Shown here: positions 26,661 to 35,784 of the stretch, piece after piece
Layout: the number at the start of each line of letters is the position of its first letter
Numbering within the stretch: the stretch's first letter is position 1
Assembly (NCBI GenBank): GCA_016931115.1
Contig: JAFGFM010000094.1
Span: 15,063 to 79,062, forward strand
DNA length: 64,000 nucleotides
From: Deltaproteobacteria bacterium
Lineage (GTDB): Bacteria; Desulfobacterota; DSM-4660; Desulfatiglandales; HGW-15
Direction: 5' to 3'
The notes under the pieces: model-generated
Databases searched by the model: none
The model's input: the letters and a program-made list of their open reading frames with translations, nothing else
What the model was told of the DNA's origin: nothing
Translations under genes and position numbers: made by a program

Positions 26661-27386
26661 TTACTTTACATACACATACATGTTTTCTACTGTTGAATCA
26701 GGAATCACCCCTTTTATACTGAAAAGTTCGCTTATGGTTACAAATTGATAGCCCTTTTTAATGAGATAAGGTATCAGGGTATCGAGTGCAGCAGGTGTGG
26801 GGTGCGGTTTGGGCTGCACATCATGAAGCAGGATAATAACACCATCCCTTATACCCGGCTTCAATTTATCCATTATACGTTTAGTGGTATTGCCTCCTCC
26901 ATTGGGCCAGTCGCCTGCTGCAAGACCGCTCATAAATGGGAGATCAACTGCATTGTACATGGCAGGGCTTGTTGAAAGGTTTGGCGGTCTGAAAAATAGG
27001 GGTGTTACACCTGCATATTTCTTAATAGCCGCAGTTGTATCGGATACAGATTTTTTCACCTCATCAGAAGATATGCCTGCCATGTCATCATATGCCCATG
27101 AATGGTTGCCTATCTCATGGCCTGCTTTTACCATGCGGTCAATAACAGTTTTTGTATCATCGTTCAAATTCTGGCCTACAACAAAGAATGTGGCCTTTAC
27201 ATGGTACTTTTCAAGTTTATCCAGTACCAGTGATGTAAGGTCAGGGTCAGTACTCGGCCCGTCATCAAAGGTTATGGCGCATAATTTATCAGGTTTATTG
27301 CCTATTACATGAGCACATGATAGGAAACAGATTAATACCAGTGCTAATAATGCAAGAACAAACATTCTGATCAATTTGATCTCCAT
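26661..27386 (-). CDS. polysaccharide deacetylase (NodB homology, CE4), secreted
   Basis: Signal peptide. CE4 motifs ITFDDGPS, HEIGNHSW, FRPP and ILLHD. Confidence 0.85.
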   Translation of the reverse strand: MEIKLIRMFVLALLALVLICFLSCAHVIGNKPDKLCAITFDDGPSTDPDLTSLVLDKLEKYHVKATFFVVGQNLNDDTKTVIDRMVKAGHEIGNHSWAYDDMAGISSDEVKKSVSDTTAAIKKYAGVTPLFFRPPNLSTSPAMYNAVDLPFMSGLAAGDWPNGGGNTTKRIMDKLKPGIRDGVIILLHDVQPKPHPTPAALDTLIPYLIKKGYQFVTISELFSIKGVIPDSTVENMYVYVK

Positions 27387-27532
27387 TTGTTTAGTGAGGG
27401 ATAGAATATCCTACCCAACATATACCTATGACCACCTTCGTCATTCCACGGCTTGACCGTGGAATCCAGTTGTTTTAAAAAAAGAAGGTGTTTTCCCTAT
27501 TTCAATAGGACATAAAAAAGGTTTTCAGCATT

Positions 27533-27613
27533 GTAGGGGCAGGCCTGAGTGCCTGCCCGGTGATGAAGGTCCTCATTCCCAAATACCGGGCGGACACGTA
27601 GGTCCGCCCCTAC
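27533..27613. repeat. GC-rich double-hairpin element (GTAGGGGC...GCCCCTAC family), copy 2
   Basis: gtaggggcaggcctgagtgcctgccc ... gggcggacacgtaggtccgcccctac. Near-identical to 40100-40179. Overlaps the stop codon of the DUF3820 gene. Confidence 0.85.
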
Positions 27614-27843
27614 AATTTACGCTTTAAAGGTTTAAACAAATATTCAAGCCCGTTCACCTTTATCTCATATACGCTTCTCAGCATATCACCAAGTTCACCT
27701 TCAGGGAGCCCCTTTCCCATAAACCAAACAAGATAGGTTTCGGGAAGGTCAATAAGCGACCTCCCCTTGTATTTTCCGAATGGCATCTTTGTCTCCACCA
27801 TCTTAATAAGATATTGAGGATCAGGTTGAACATCGGTTGCCAT
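27610..27843 (-). CDS. DUF3820-family small protein
   Basis: MPFGKYKGRSLIDLPETYLVWFMGKGLPEGELGDML matches my memory of the DUF3820 signature. Not searched. Confidence 0.65.
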   Translation of the reverse strand: MATDVQPDPQYLIKMVETKMPFGKYKGRSLIDLPETYLVWFMGKGLPEGELGDMLRSVYEIKVNGLEYLFKPLKRKL

Positions 27844-27852
27844 TTATTATCT

Positions 27853-29538
27853 CTAGCCCCTTGTAAGGTGACGGTATTTGATCCTGTGGGGGTTAACAGC
27901 CGCCTCGCCAAGCCTCTCCTTTTTATCCTGCTCATACTCTGTATAGTTGCCGTCAAACCATACTGCCTTGCTGTCATTCTCAAATGCAAGTATATGTGTT
28001 GCAAGCCTGTCCAGAAACCACCTGTCATGGCTGATAATAATGGCACATCCACCAAAGTTTTCTATGGCCTCTTCAAGTGCCCTCAGTGTATTAACATCCA
28101 GGTCATTCGTGGGTTCGTCAAGAAGTAATACGTTCCCCCCTTCCTTCAGCATTCTTGCAAGGTGCACACGGTTTCTTTCACCGCCTGAAAGATTGCTGAC
28201 CTTTTTCTGCTGGTCACTGCCTGAAAAATTAAACCTTGCCACATAGGCCCTGGAGTTTACCTCCCTGTCACCAAGCTGAATGGTGTCATGACCTTCAGAT
28301 ATAACCTCCCATATGTTTTTTTCAGGGGCAAGTGTGTCCCTTGTCTGATCCACATATGAAAGCTTTACTGTTTCACCAATCCTGAATTCACCTGATGTAA
28401 CCTGCTCCTGACCTGTAATCATCCTGAAAAGTGTTGTTTTTCCAGCGCCATTCGGCCCGATTACCCCAACAATAGCGCCTGATGGCACAGAAAAGGTGAG
28501 GTTATCAATAAGGAGGTTGTCATCATAGGCCTTGCTTATGTTCTTTGCATCTATAACCACATTACCGAGCCTTGGTCCTGGCGGAATAAATATCTCAAGC
28601 TCCTTTTCTCTCTCCTTTGTCTCCTGATTAACCAGGCTGTCATATGCGGTTATACGCGCCTTTGCCTTGGCATGACGCCCTTTTGGAGACATTCTTATCC
28701 ATTCAAGCTCCCTCTCAAGGGTCTTTCTTCTTTTACTTTCTCCCTTTTCCTCAAGTACAAGCCTCTTCTGTTTCTGTTCCAGCCATGAGGAGTAATTACC
28801 CTTCCACGGGATGCCTTCACCCCTGTCAAGCTCAAGTATCCAACCTGCCACATTATCCAGAAAATATCTGTCATGGGTTACTGCTATTACTGTCCCCTCG
28901 TATCTCTGCAAGTGCTGTTCAAGCCATGCAACTGTCTCTGCATCAAGGTGGTTGGTGGGTTCATCAAGAAGCAGTATATCAGGTTTTTTAAGAAGGAGCC
29001 TGCACAGTGCAACGCGGCGTCTTTCACCGCCTGAAAGCACCTTTATGGGTGTATCCCCTTCAGGGCAGCGAAGTGCATCCATTGCCATCTCTAAGCGTGA
29101 GTCTATGTCCCAGGCATCAAGTGCATCTATCTTTTCCTGTACCTTACCCTGTCTTTCAATCAGGTCATTCATCTCATCATCGGACATGGGCTCTGCAAAT
29201 TTATCATTTATTTTGTTAAACTCCTTTAAGAGGTCAACCGCCTCCTGGAGCCCCTCTTCAACAACCGCTCTAACTGTCTTTGAGTCATCAAGATGTGGTT
29301 CCTGTTCAAGTAAACCAATAGTAAGGCCCGGTGATATGGTTGTTTCACCATTAAACTCCTTGTCCACACCTGCAAAAATCCTTAAGAGGCTGCTCTTTCC
29401 TGACCCGTTAAGTCCCAACACACCTATCTTTGCCCCGTAAAAATAGGAGATGGAGATATCCTTTAATACAGGTTTTTTGTCATAAAATTTACTCACCTTC
29501 ATCATTGAATAGATGATTTTATTTGCTTCCTGGCTCAT
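27853..29538 (-). CDS. ettA: energy-dependent translational throttle protein EttA (ABC-F ATPase)
   Basis: Two ABC cassettes: GLNGSGKSS and GPNGAGKTT Walker A, two LSGGE signatures. N-terminus IIYSMMKVSKFY...GAKIGVLGLNG is collinear with E. coli EttA. 561 aa. Confidence 0.9.
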   Translation of the reverse strand: MSQEANKIIYSMMKVSKFYDKKPVLKDISISYFYGAKIGVLGLNGSGKSSLLRIFAGVDKEFNGETTISPGLTIGLLEQEPHLDDSKTVRAVVEEGLQEAVDLLKEFNKINDKFAEPMSDDEMNDLIERQGKVQEKIDALDAWDIDSRLEMAMDALRCPEGDTPIKVLSGGERRRVALCRLLLKKPDILLLDEPTNHLDAETVAWLEQHLQRYEGTVIAVTHDRYFLDNVAGWILELDRGEGIPWKGNYSSWLEQKQKRLVLEEKGESKRRKTLERELEWIRMSPKGRHAKAKARITAYDSLVNQETKEREKELEIFIPPGPRLGNVVIDAKNISKAYDDNLLIDNLTFSVPSGAIVGVIGPNGAGKTTLFRMITGQEQVTSGEFRIGETVKLSYVDQTRDTLAPEKNIWEVISEGHDTIQLGDREVNSRAYVARFNFSGSDQQKKVSNLSGGERNRVHLARMLKEGGNVLLLDEPTNDLDVNTLRALEEAIENFGGCAIIISHDRWFLDRLATHILAFENDSKAVWFDGNYTEYEQDKKERLGEAAVNPHRIKYRHLTRG

Positions 29539-30085
29539 GTATATTTATTTCCTCCTTAATAAATGTTCTATATTTCTCCAGCTCCCCCTGCATGGATTTT
29601 ATAATGGTTGTTAAAACTGCAACATCATCCAATAGGCCCAAAAAGGGTATAAAATCAGGGATAAAATCTGTAGGTATTACAAAATAGAGAAGGCCCCCTG
29701 CAATAATGCTCATGTTTACAGGATGCAGCTTATAATCGCCTTTTAAGGAATCCCTTGTCATACGATAAAGGTCCTTCACATCCTTCATGATGTTTTTTAT
29801 AGCACCGGATGATCTCCTGATTTTATCACTAAAGATATCATCATTAACATACTGCCCAAAATCCTTTTCACCTGAATATCGCAGAATCCTGTCATAATGA
29901 ACCCGCTGCTTTTGATCAGACAAAACACCATAGGCAATATTAAGGGTCTTTGTCATCTCTTCCGCCTGATCCCTGCGGTCAGGGTTTTTATCAGGGTGCC
30001 ATTCCATGAGCTTTTGCCTGTATGCACTTTTTATCTCATCCGGTTCGGTTTTTTGATCTATTTCAAACAGTTCGTAATAGTTCAT
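29519..30085 (-). CDS. J-domain protein with C-terminal DUF1232 (YkvA-like) membrane domain
   Basis: J domain NYYELFEI...AYRQKLMEWHPDKNP (HPD). C-terminal GGLLYFVIPTDFIPDFIPFLGLLDDVAVL. Confidence 0.8.
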   Translation of the reverse strand: MNYYELFEIDQKTEPDEIKSAYRQKLMEWHPDKNPDRRDQAEEMTKTLNIAYGVLSDQKQRVHYDRILRYSGEKDFGQYVNDDIFSDKIRRSSGAIKNIMKDVKDLYRMTRDSLKGDYKLHPVNMSIIAGGLLYFVIPTDFIPDFIPFLGLLDDVAVLTTIIKSMQGELEKYRTFIKEEINIHEPGSK

Positions 30086-30242
30086 AATTATTAAGTAAAC
30101 TTAAGATTAATAACTGGATTTTTATCCGCTGGAAACACCAAATTTCAGGCTGGAGCTTATTTTAATTTGGCTTTCATGTCCACAAAATTCAGGGTGTATT
30201 TACTGCAAAGTAAATAAAATTTCCAGCCGTTTGAAGGATATA

Positions 30243-30321
30243 AACCGCGAACCACACGAACGACACGAAAAAAGACTTTTTAATTACTAAAGCTTTCGCG
30301 CAGTTTGCGCTTTTCGCGGTT
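30243..30321. repeat. triple-9-mer inverted-repeat element (CGCGAA type)
   Basis: aaccgcgaa ccacacgaa cgacacgaa, AT-rich spacer, then ctttcgcgc agtttgcgc ttttcgcggtt. Confidence 0.75.
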
Positions 30322-30362
30322 AAAAAAAATCAATCCATGAACCCTTTTATTTTTTACTGTAA

Positions 30363-30576
30363 TGCCCACCCATGCAGAAGAGATGTATGACCCTGATGTT
30401 TTCGGTGAATAAGGTGCAGGTGTATTGAATGTGAAGATGGAGGATTAAAAAAGAGGTCAGAAGACAGAAATCAGAATTCAGAAGCCAGAAGGAAGAGAGT
30501 AAATAGAAAATAGGAAATAGGAAATAGTGAAAAATCGACGCGAAGCATCAAAGAACTACGTTCTCACGGAGACGGT
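30363..30576 (+). repeat. about 200-bp direct repeat, left copy, flanking the TA module
   Basis: tgcccacccatgcagaagagatgtatgaccctgatgttttcgg ... gaagatggaggattaa ... cagaagccagaaggaagagag ... aaataggaaatag ... cacggagac aligns with 31313-31502. Confidence 0.8.
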
Positions 30577-30595
30577 TGGAAAGAGGAGTTATGCA

Positions 30596-30991
30596 TTACC
30601 ATATTGTTTCGACATATGGATAACTGATTATTTTATCATCCTTTGTGACTAGTGCAGCACCGAGCGTAATTGCAGTTGAAATAATGATCCTGTCGGCAGG
30701 ATCTTTATGCAGAGGTTCAGGTAATGAAACTGATTTTACTGCTATGCGGTTGTCTATTGGTATAAATGATACAAAAGGAAGTCTCTCCGATGCAGCCATC
30801 CATTCATCAAAATCGATTGATAACTCCAGTCTTTTATTAGAATGGAGAAGAGCTGCTTCCCAGGCACTGATTGACGAAATACAAATATTTTTCCCTTTTA
30901 CTGCTTTGTTGATTGCTTTCTTTGCAGGGCTTGATAATTTTTCAGGATTACTGATCCACCATATCCACACATGAGTATCAAGGACTATCAT
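30596..30991 (-). CDS. vapC: PIN-domain toxin (VapC family)
   Basis: MIVLDTHVWIWW N-terminal acidic motif, SAWEAA and DPADRIIISTA blocks. 4-nt overlap with the upstream antitoxin gene. Confidence 0.85.
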   Translation of the reverse strand: MIVLDTHVWIWWISNPEKLSSPAKKAINKAVKGKNICISSISAWEAALLHSNKRLELSIDFDEWMAASERLPFVSFIPIDNRIAVKSVSLPEPLHKDPADRIIISTAITLGAALVTKDDKIISYPYVETIW

Positions 30992-31221
30992 TTCATGGCT
31001 TCCCAGTCTTTTTCAGCAATTGGTTTGAGGGGATCTATATATTTAATAACTGTGTTTCTAAGTGAATTTAATGTTTCCATAGGGTCATTATTATAAGGAA
31101 CAATTTTTAACTTAGGTTTACCATGATCGGTTATAATCAATTCCTTACCTGTATCTTCTATCTGCCTGAAGTATTTTAAGGCATTTGGTTTGAATCTTGA
31201 TTTTGATACTGCATTTTCCAA
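30988..31221 (-). CDS. Phd/YefM-family antitoxin
   Basis: 77 aa. FKPNALKYFRQIEDTGKELIITDHGKPKLKIVPY. Operonic with the PIN toxin. Confidence 0.75.
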   Translation of the reverse strand: MENAVSKSRFKPNALKYFRQIEDTGKELIITDHGKPKLKIVPYNNDPMETLNSLRNTVIKYIDPLKPIAEKDWEAMK

Positions 31222-31312
31222 TTTTTATTCCTTTTATCTTTCATATGAATGTGGTCATTATATCATGGTCATTTTATGAGTCAAGATATGATCAGGCAAG
31301 AAGGTGAAGTAT

Positions 31313-31502
31313 TGCCTGCCCATGCAGAAGAGATGTATGACCCTAATGTTTTCGGTAAATCAGGTACGGGTATCCTTAATGTGAAGATGGAGGATTAATA
31401 AAGAGGTCAGGAGTCAGAATTCAGAAGCCAGAAGGAAGAGAGGAAATAGAAAATAGGAAATAGACGCGGAGCGTCCAATGGTTACGTTCCCACGGAGACC
31501 GT
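31313..31502 (+). repeat. about 200-bp direct repeat, right copy, flanking the TA module
   Basis: tgcctgcccatgcagaagagatgtatgaccctaatgttttcgg ... gaagatggaggattaa ... cagaagccagaaggaagagag ... cacggagac. Same orientation as the left copy. Confidence 0.8.
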
Positions 31503-31535
31503 AGTAACCAGAAAAACTTATAAACAAAAGCGTAG

Positions 31536-31561
31536 AAGGGGCGAATAATTATTCGCCCCTT
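31536..31561 (-). terminator. perfect 26-bp palindrome, likely bidirectional terminator
   Basis: aaggggcgaataattattcgcccctt lies 5 nt past the stop of the 313-aa gene. A T-rich run follows on the minus strand (cttttgttt). Confidence 0.55.
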
Positions 31562-31565
31562 CAAT

Positions 31566-32507
31566 TTATTTGTACACCGGGCCGATCCAGCCATCGCCTA
31601 TGCCATAGGGCATTGCTGATCCAAGACCCCATATGCCGATGATCTTCCCCTTCCTGGTATGAAATATCTCAGAAACAGGCATACTGTTCGGGGTATTAAA
31701 GTATGTTGGCTGCGTTGTTCCATCAGGCATCTCAACCGAGGCTAGCCCCCGGTGATTAAAGCAATAGATTCCCCATGTAATGCCCTTTTCTTCATCCACT
31801 ACAGGTGTTCTGCGTGGAGTGACACTGTAGATGGTCTTAAGCATCGGTGATATCTTGCCGTTCCTGCACTTGGAGCTTGAGGGCATTCCCGGTGGTGGTT
31901 TAGGCGCTCCGGGGAAGGTACCTGCTGTAACCATACCGTTTTCAAGACGGTAACATTCATCAGCAAATGGTACATCCTTGTCATCCAGTATTTTGAGTGC
32001 ATTAAAATAGAGTTCAGGAATGTTTGCCATCTCATCACGTGAAACACGATCAGATGGGGCAAGGAATTCTGTAAAAGGCTTTTCTGTCAATTTGAAATTG
32101 GCAATGTTCTTTTGATCGATATCTCTTATTACAATAGATTCAGCCTCTGTAATCTGGCGGTTTATCACCTTGAGCCTTAAAGATAAGATCACAGGTTTGT
32201 TATGCTCCTTAACGCCGCCCACCCATGCAACCTGGCCTGTCTTAAGGTCACAGATATATATCTTGAAATCACCCATGCCGGATGCTGTGAACCAGAGTCC
32301 TTCAGTGAGCGGCAGTTTTATAGTGTTTTCAGTAAAGATTACATTATCAGCAAATGGGGCCTTTGAGGCATCATGAGCTACCATAGCAGCCAGGTACTGA
32401 TCGGCTATGCCTTCAAGACATGCACGGTCGCATTCATTTGCGTGGCTGATGCTTCTTATTGATATGCTCAGTATGGTTATTAAGAGTACTACCCACAGTT
32501 TTTTCAT
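31566..32507 (-). CDS. secreted protein of unknown function (paralog A; N-terminal CDRACLEG motif)
   Basis: Signal peptide, then ECDRACLEGIADQYLAAMVAHDASKAP. Aligns end to end with the 34303-35253 product. Confidence 0.7.
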   Translation of the reverse strand: MKKLWVVLLITILSISIRSISHANECDRACLEGIADQYLAAMVAHDASKAPFADNVIFTENTIKLPLTEGLWFTASGMGDFKIYICDLKTGQVAWVGGVKEHNKPVILSLRLKVINRQITEAESIVIRDIDQKNIANFKLTEKPFTEFLAPSDRVSRDEMANIPELYFNALKILDDKDVPFADECYRLENGMVTAGTFPGAPKPPPGMPSSSKCRNGKISPMLKTIYSVTPRRTPVVDEEKGITWGIYCFNHRGLASVEMPDGTTQPTYFNTPNSMPVSEIFHTRKGKIIGIWGLGSAMPYGIGDGWIGPVYK

Positions 32508-32508
32508 A

Positions 32509-33417
32509 TTATTTACTCTCCTCTTTTTTCCAATTTGACTCCATTGTAAGCGGTTTGCCTGTAACAGGATTCATATAATGAAATGGCACAATGGATGTAT
32601 TTGGCCATGTAGCCGGTGGAGATTCCATGGGTGCATCGGGCCCTACCGGGTTTTCCGGATAGAGTTTTTTTGGCGCAGTGCTGTCATAAATCATTTTAGA
32701 CTTTCCCCAGCCTGATTCATAGTCGGCATGCCAGAGCGGGTTATAATTGAGTATCTGGATCTTCCAGACGCCATTTTCTTTTACATAGCTGTTCTCGTAA
32801 ATACCTCCTTCCCACCATACCATAGGAGTATCTCCTTTCGCTATGGCAGCCTTGGCCGATGGGGAAGATTCATGAGAGCCGGCCTGCATGAGACATCGGA
32901 ACCTTGCTTTTGCTGTCTGGCGATCAGGCGCAACATGGATCACGTCCTGCATCTGGGGATGATCCAGGAGAAAACCATAAACAGGCCCTGGCTTGCCTCC
33001 GGTAAATCCCTGAAGGAAATTCCCAACATAGAGACGGCGTACACCCTGTTCCTTGCCTCGAAAAATGCCTCCGAAAAAATGTACCTCTCCATTTTCGGCA
33101 AACAGGTCCACCACATCCTCATACAAGCACTTGTCGATGTAGTATCCGTATGCATAGTGCAGGTTCCTGATTGCCTGGGTGTCTTCGAGGATTCCCATCC
33201 TGTTGTCCATTTCATTCAGCTTCTTTTCCAGCTCAGTGTTGGCGCTGTTTACTTGTGCCAGTTTCTCCTCGAGACCTGTATTAGGGTTTGTGCAGGAGGA
33301 GCCAATAATAAACAATAGTGAAAAGACAATCATCACACCTAATACGAAAAACCGCTTATTAGACCTTGAATCTCTGATAATGTGGCTTAATGTTTCCTGA
33401 TTTTTTCTTGTACTCAT
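32509..33417 (-). CDS. membrane-anchored NTF2/SnoaL-like domain protein
   Basis: N-terminal TM helix, a coiled segment, then DTQAIRNLHYAYGYYIDKCLYEDVVDLFAENGEVHF, a SnoaL_4-like opening. Stop abuts the start of paralog A. Confidence 0.6.
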   Translation of the reverse strand: MSTRKNQETLSHIIRDSRSNKRFFVLGVMIVFSLLFIIGSSCTNPNTGLEEKLAQVNSANTELEKKLNEMDNRMGILEDTQAIRNLHYAYGYYIDKCLYEDVVDLFAENGEVHFFGGIFRGKEQGVRRLYVGNFLQGFTGGKPGPVYGFLLDHPQMQDVIHVAPDRQTAKARFRCLMQAGSHESSPSAKAAIAKGDTPMVWWEGGIYENSYVKENGVWKIQILNYNPLWHADYESGWGKSKMIYDSTAPKKLYPENPVGPDAPMESPPATWPNTSIVPFHYMNPVTGKPLTMESNWKKEESK

Positions 33418-33497
33418 TTTAACCCTCCTTTAATAAGTGTTCTATTTTTAATACATTTCTTAAATTCAATGCCATATGACACACATTGTTATAGCAA

Positions 33498-33570
33498 ACC
33501 ACGGAGTACACGGAGTTCACGGAGATTGAGATTAAAATTGCTTCTCTGTGTCCTCCGTATTCTCTGTGTG
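33498..33570. repeat. triple-9-mer inverted-repeat element (CACGGAG type)
   Basis: accacggag tacacggag ttcacggag, spacer attgagattaaaattgctt, then ctctgtgtc ctccgtatt ctctgtgtg. Confidence 0.8.
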
Positions 33571-33625
33571 AAAATAAATGTTATCGTATTTATACCCATA
33601 TATGCTTAGCCAAAGTCCGAATATT

Positions 33626-33856
33626 CTACCATCCGTGCTTCATGCCATAAGGCGCTGAATAGAAGACCGTGTAAATCCGGTGTATCTCACCATTGATGAT
33701 CTTGAAGAGCCCTCCGCCAAAAAGGGTTGTGGGGCTCAACTGACCTATATCACGTGTCTTTGTGTAATAAAATACTGATTGAAGGGTGGTTAGGGTTGAT
33801 AAGATGAAAAACAGGAAATGAACAATGATCATAAGAGAGGTTTTTTTTGTTTTCAT
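33626..33856 (-). CDS. small membrane/secreted protein, C-terminus related to the paralog A/B tail (possible gene remnant)
   Basis: TM helix SLMIIVHFLFFILSTL. LFKIINGEIHRIYTVFYSAPYGMKHGW resembles MFKIKNGKLRGIFAFGVMLPYGIGDGW. No clear RBS checked. Confidence 0.35.
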   Translation of the reverse strand: MKTKKTSLMIIVHFLFFILSTLTTLQSVFYYTKTRDIGQLSPTTLFGGGLFKIINGEIHRIYTVFYSAPYGMKHGW

Positions 33857-34302
33857 ACTCTAACTCCTATTAGAATTGGTAAGTAAAACCAAAAAATACC
33901 ATGCTGCATGAACATTAGCCGGAAATAAGAGGATGATCTCAAGGGTTGAGTGTCAATAAGTTATCTCAATATCCCAGGTTGCGGATGCCAGTCTATTAAG
34001 ACAAACTTAAACACTCAGGAAACAATGAATAGGATTTTTTATAAATGAGCTTGTTCAATAGGACGAACTATAGGGAAATGGATTTTTATAGTCAAGAGAT
34101 TTAAAAAGAATTTTATTTACATAAGGCTTGAGATTTTTCCAGGCTAAAGCGGCTGTTAAACAGTCGAGATTTGCCGGTTTTTCCTTGCTTTTTTACCATA
34201 TAAATCTTAAATCTGGTTCATTGTTGCTATTCTGTCATTATTATTTACTGCAAAACAGACATTCCAAAAAAGACTGTAGAAACGAGTAAAAAGGAGGGTA
34301 TT

Positions 34303-35253
34303 ATGAAAAAGGTACTGGGTTTTATTTTTGTAATAATGTGTGTGTCTTCTTTCTCTGTATCTCTTTTTGCTGAAACTGAATGTGATAGGGCGTGTCTGGA
34401 GGGTATTGCAGATAAATACCTCGCAGCCATGGTGGCCCATGATGCATCAAAGGCCCCTCTGGCAAAAGATTTAGTTTTTACAGAGAATACTGTAAAGCTT
34501 CCTCCTACAGAAGGACTCTGGTTTACCGCTTCAGGCCTAGGCGATTTCAGGTTTTATGCCTGTGATACACAGGAAGGGCAGGTGGCATGGACAGGCATTG
34601 CAAAAGAGCATGATAAACCGGTGTTGTTATCTGTCAGGCTCAAGGTAGTAGACAGGTTGATCACAGAGGCCGAATCTATAGTTGTCCGCGATGTTGATGA
34701 AAAAAACCTGGGTAATCTGAAAAATGTCCCTCCGGGTTTTGATGAAATGCTGGTGCCAGCAGAGAGGATATCCCGTGAAAAGATGCTCGCCATGTCCGAT
34801 ATATATTTCAAGGCCATGGATACGCTTGATGCAAGTTCAATCCCATGGGATACTGATGGCTACAGGGTAGAAAATGGAATGGTTACATGCGGCAAGATAC
34901 CCGGCATGGGGCCACCTCCGCCCGGATTACCCTCTGCTGCATCATGCATTGAGCCTGACGGCAAGATTCCTCCATCACTCAAGTCAATATATAGTGTGCT
35001 CCCGCGCCGCACACCATTAGTCGATGTTGAAAAGGGTATTACATGGGGCCTGTATTGCTTTAATCATCGTGGGTATGATGTTATTAAGATGCCTGACGGC
35101 ACAACACATCCAAGTTTTGCAAAGACCCCCAGTTCAATGCCTTTCGCTGATATGTTCAAGATAAAGAATGGCAAGCTGAGGGGCATTTTTGCGTTTGGGG
35201 TTATGCTGCCATATGGTATAGGAGATGGTTGGTCTCCTTCCATATTCAAATAG
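34303..35253 (+). CDS. secreted protein of unknown function (paralog B; CDRACLEG motif)
   Basis: Signal peptide, then ECDRACLEGIADKYLAAMVAHDASKAP. aaaggaggg RBS. Collinear with the 31566-32507 product. Confidence 0.7.
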   Translation: MKKVLGFIFVIMCVSSFSVSLFAETECDRACLEGIADKYLAAMVAHDASKAPLAKDLVFTENTVKLPPTEGLWFTASGLGDFRFYACDTQEGQVAWTGIAKEHDKPVLLSVRLKVVDRLITEAESIVVRDVDEKNLGNLKNVPPGFDEMLVPAERISREKMLAMSDIYFKAMDTLDASSIPWDTDGYRVENGMVTCGKIPGMGPPPPGLPSAASCIEPDGKIPPSLKSIYSVLPRRTPLVDVEKGITWGLYCFNHRGYDVIKMPDGTTHPSFAKTPSSMPFADMFKIKNGKLRGIFAFGVMLPYGIGDGWSPSIFK

Positions 35254-35354
35254 TGTCCATCCAGAAAGTGGCAAATTATGTATGGGGATGTCAGTCCCAC
35301 CCAGGGCGCATGGGCGTCAAGCTAAGGCGAAAAGCAAAAGCCTAAAGCAATAGC

Positions 35355-35449
35355 TCACACAGAGGCGCAAAGAACACTAAGAAAATCAAATGCTTTTTAA
35401 ATAATATTTTATTTGTTTTTTAACTTTGTGAGCTTTGTGACTTTGTGTG
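35355..35449. repeat. triple-9-mer inverted-repeat element (CACAAAG type)
   Basis: cacacagag gcgcaaaga acactaaga, AT-rich spacer, then aactttgtg agctttgtg actttgtgtg. Confidence 0.75.
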
Positions 35450-35553
35450 AAAAATGATTTTCCGTCTTGATTTATCAATTTAATGCATGTTGACAATTAA
35501 ACATCGTTAATCTAAACTAAGTGGACTAAGCAACAATACATGAGGTTTTTATC

Positions 35554-35784
35554 ATGAAAAATCTAAACATACACGAGGCAAAAACAAAGTTATCAGCGCT
35601 TATCATGGAAATTGAAAATAAAGGCGAGACATTTCTTATCTGCCGAAATGGAAAACCTGTTGCTGAACTTGTTCCCCATAAAAAACCGGATCGTCTGGCA
35701 TATCATCCCAAGATGGGAAAAATAAAAATCAAATATGATCCTGTTGAAGACCTTTCTAAAGAAGAATGGGGAGATATAGAATAA
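35554..35784 (+). CDS. Phd/YefM-family antitoxin
   Basis: 76 aa. IHEAKTKLSALIMEIENKGETFLICRNGKPVAELVPH. Stop TAA overlaps the ATG of the PIN gene (TAATG). Confidence 0.8.
   Translation: MKNLNIHEAKTKLSALIMEIENKGETFLICRNGKPVAELVPHKKPDRLAYHPKMGKIKIKYDPVEDLSKEEWGDIE

Noticed and set aside
30372-30428. Mini-ORF conserved in both 200-bp direct repeats (MQKRCMTLMFSVN..., also at 31322-31384). Two synonymous differences fall in the shared part.
   Set aside because: There is no RBS upstream, the C-termini diverge and differ in length, and 13 shared codons are too few to infer purifying selection. I treat it as part of the repeat.
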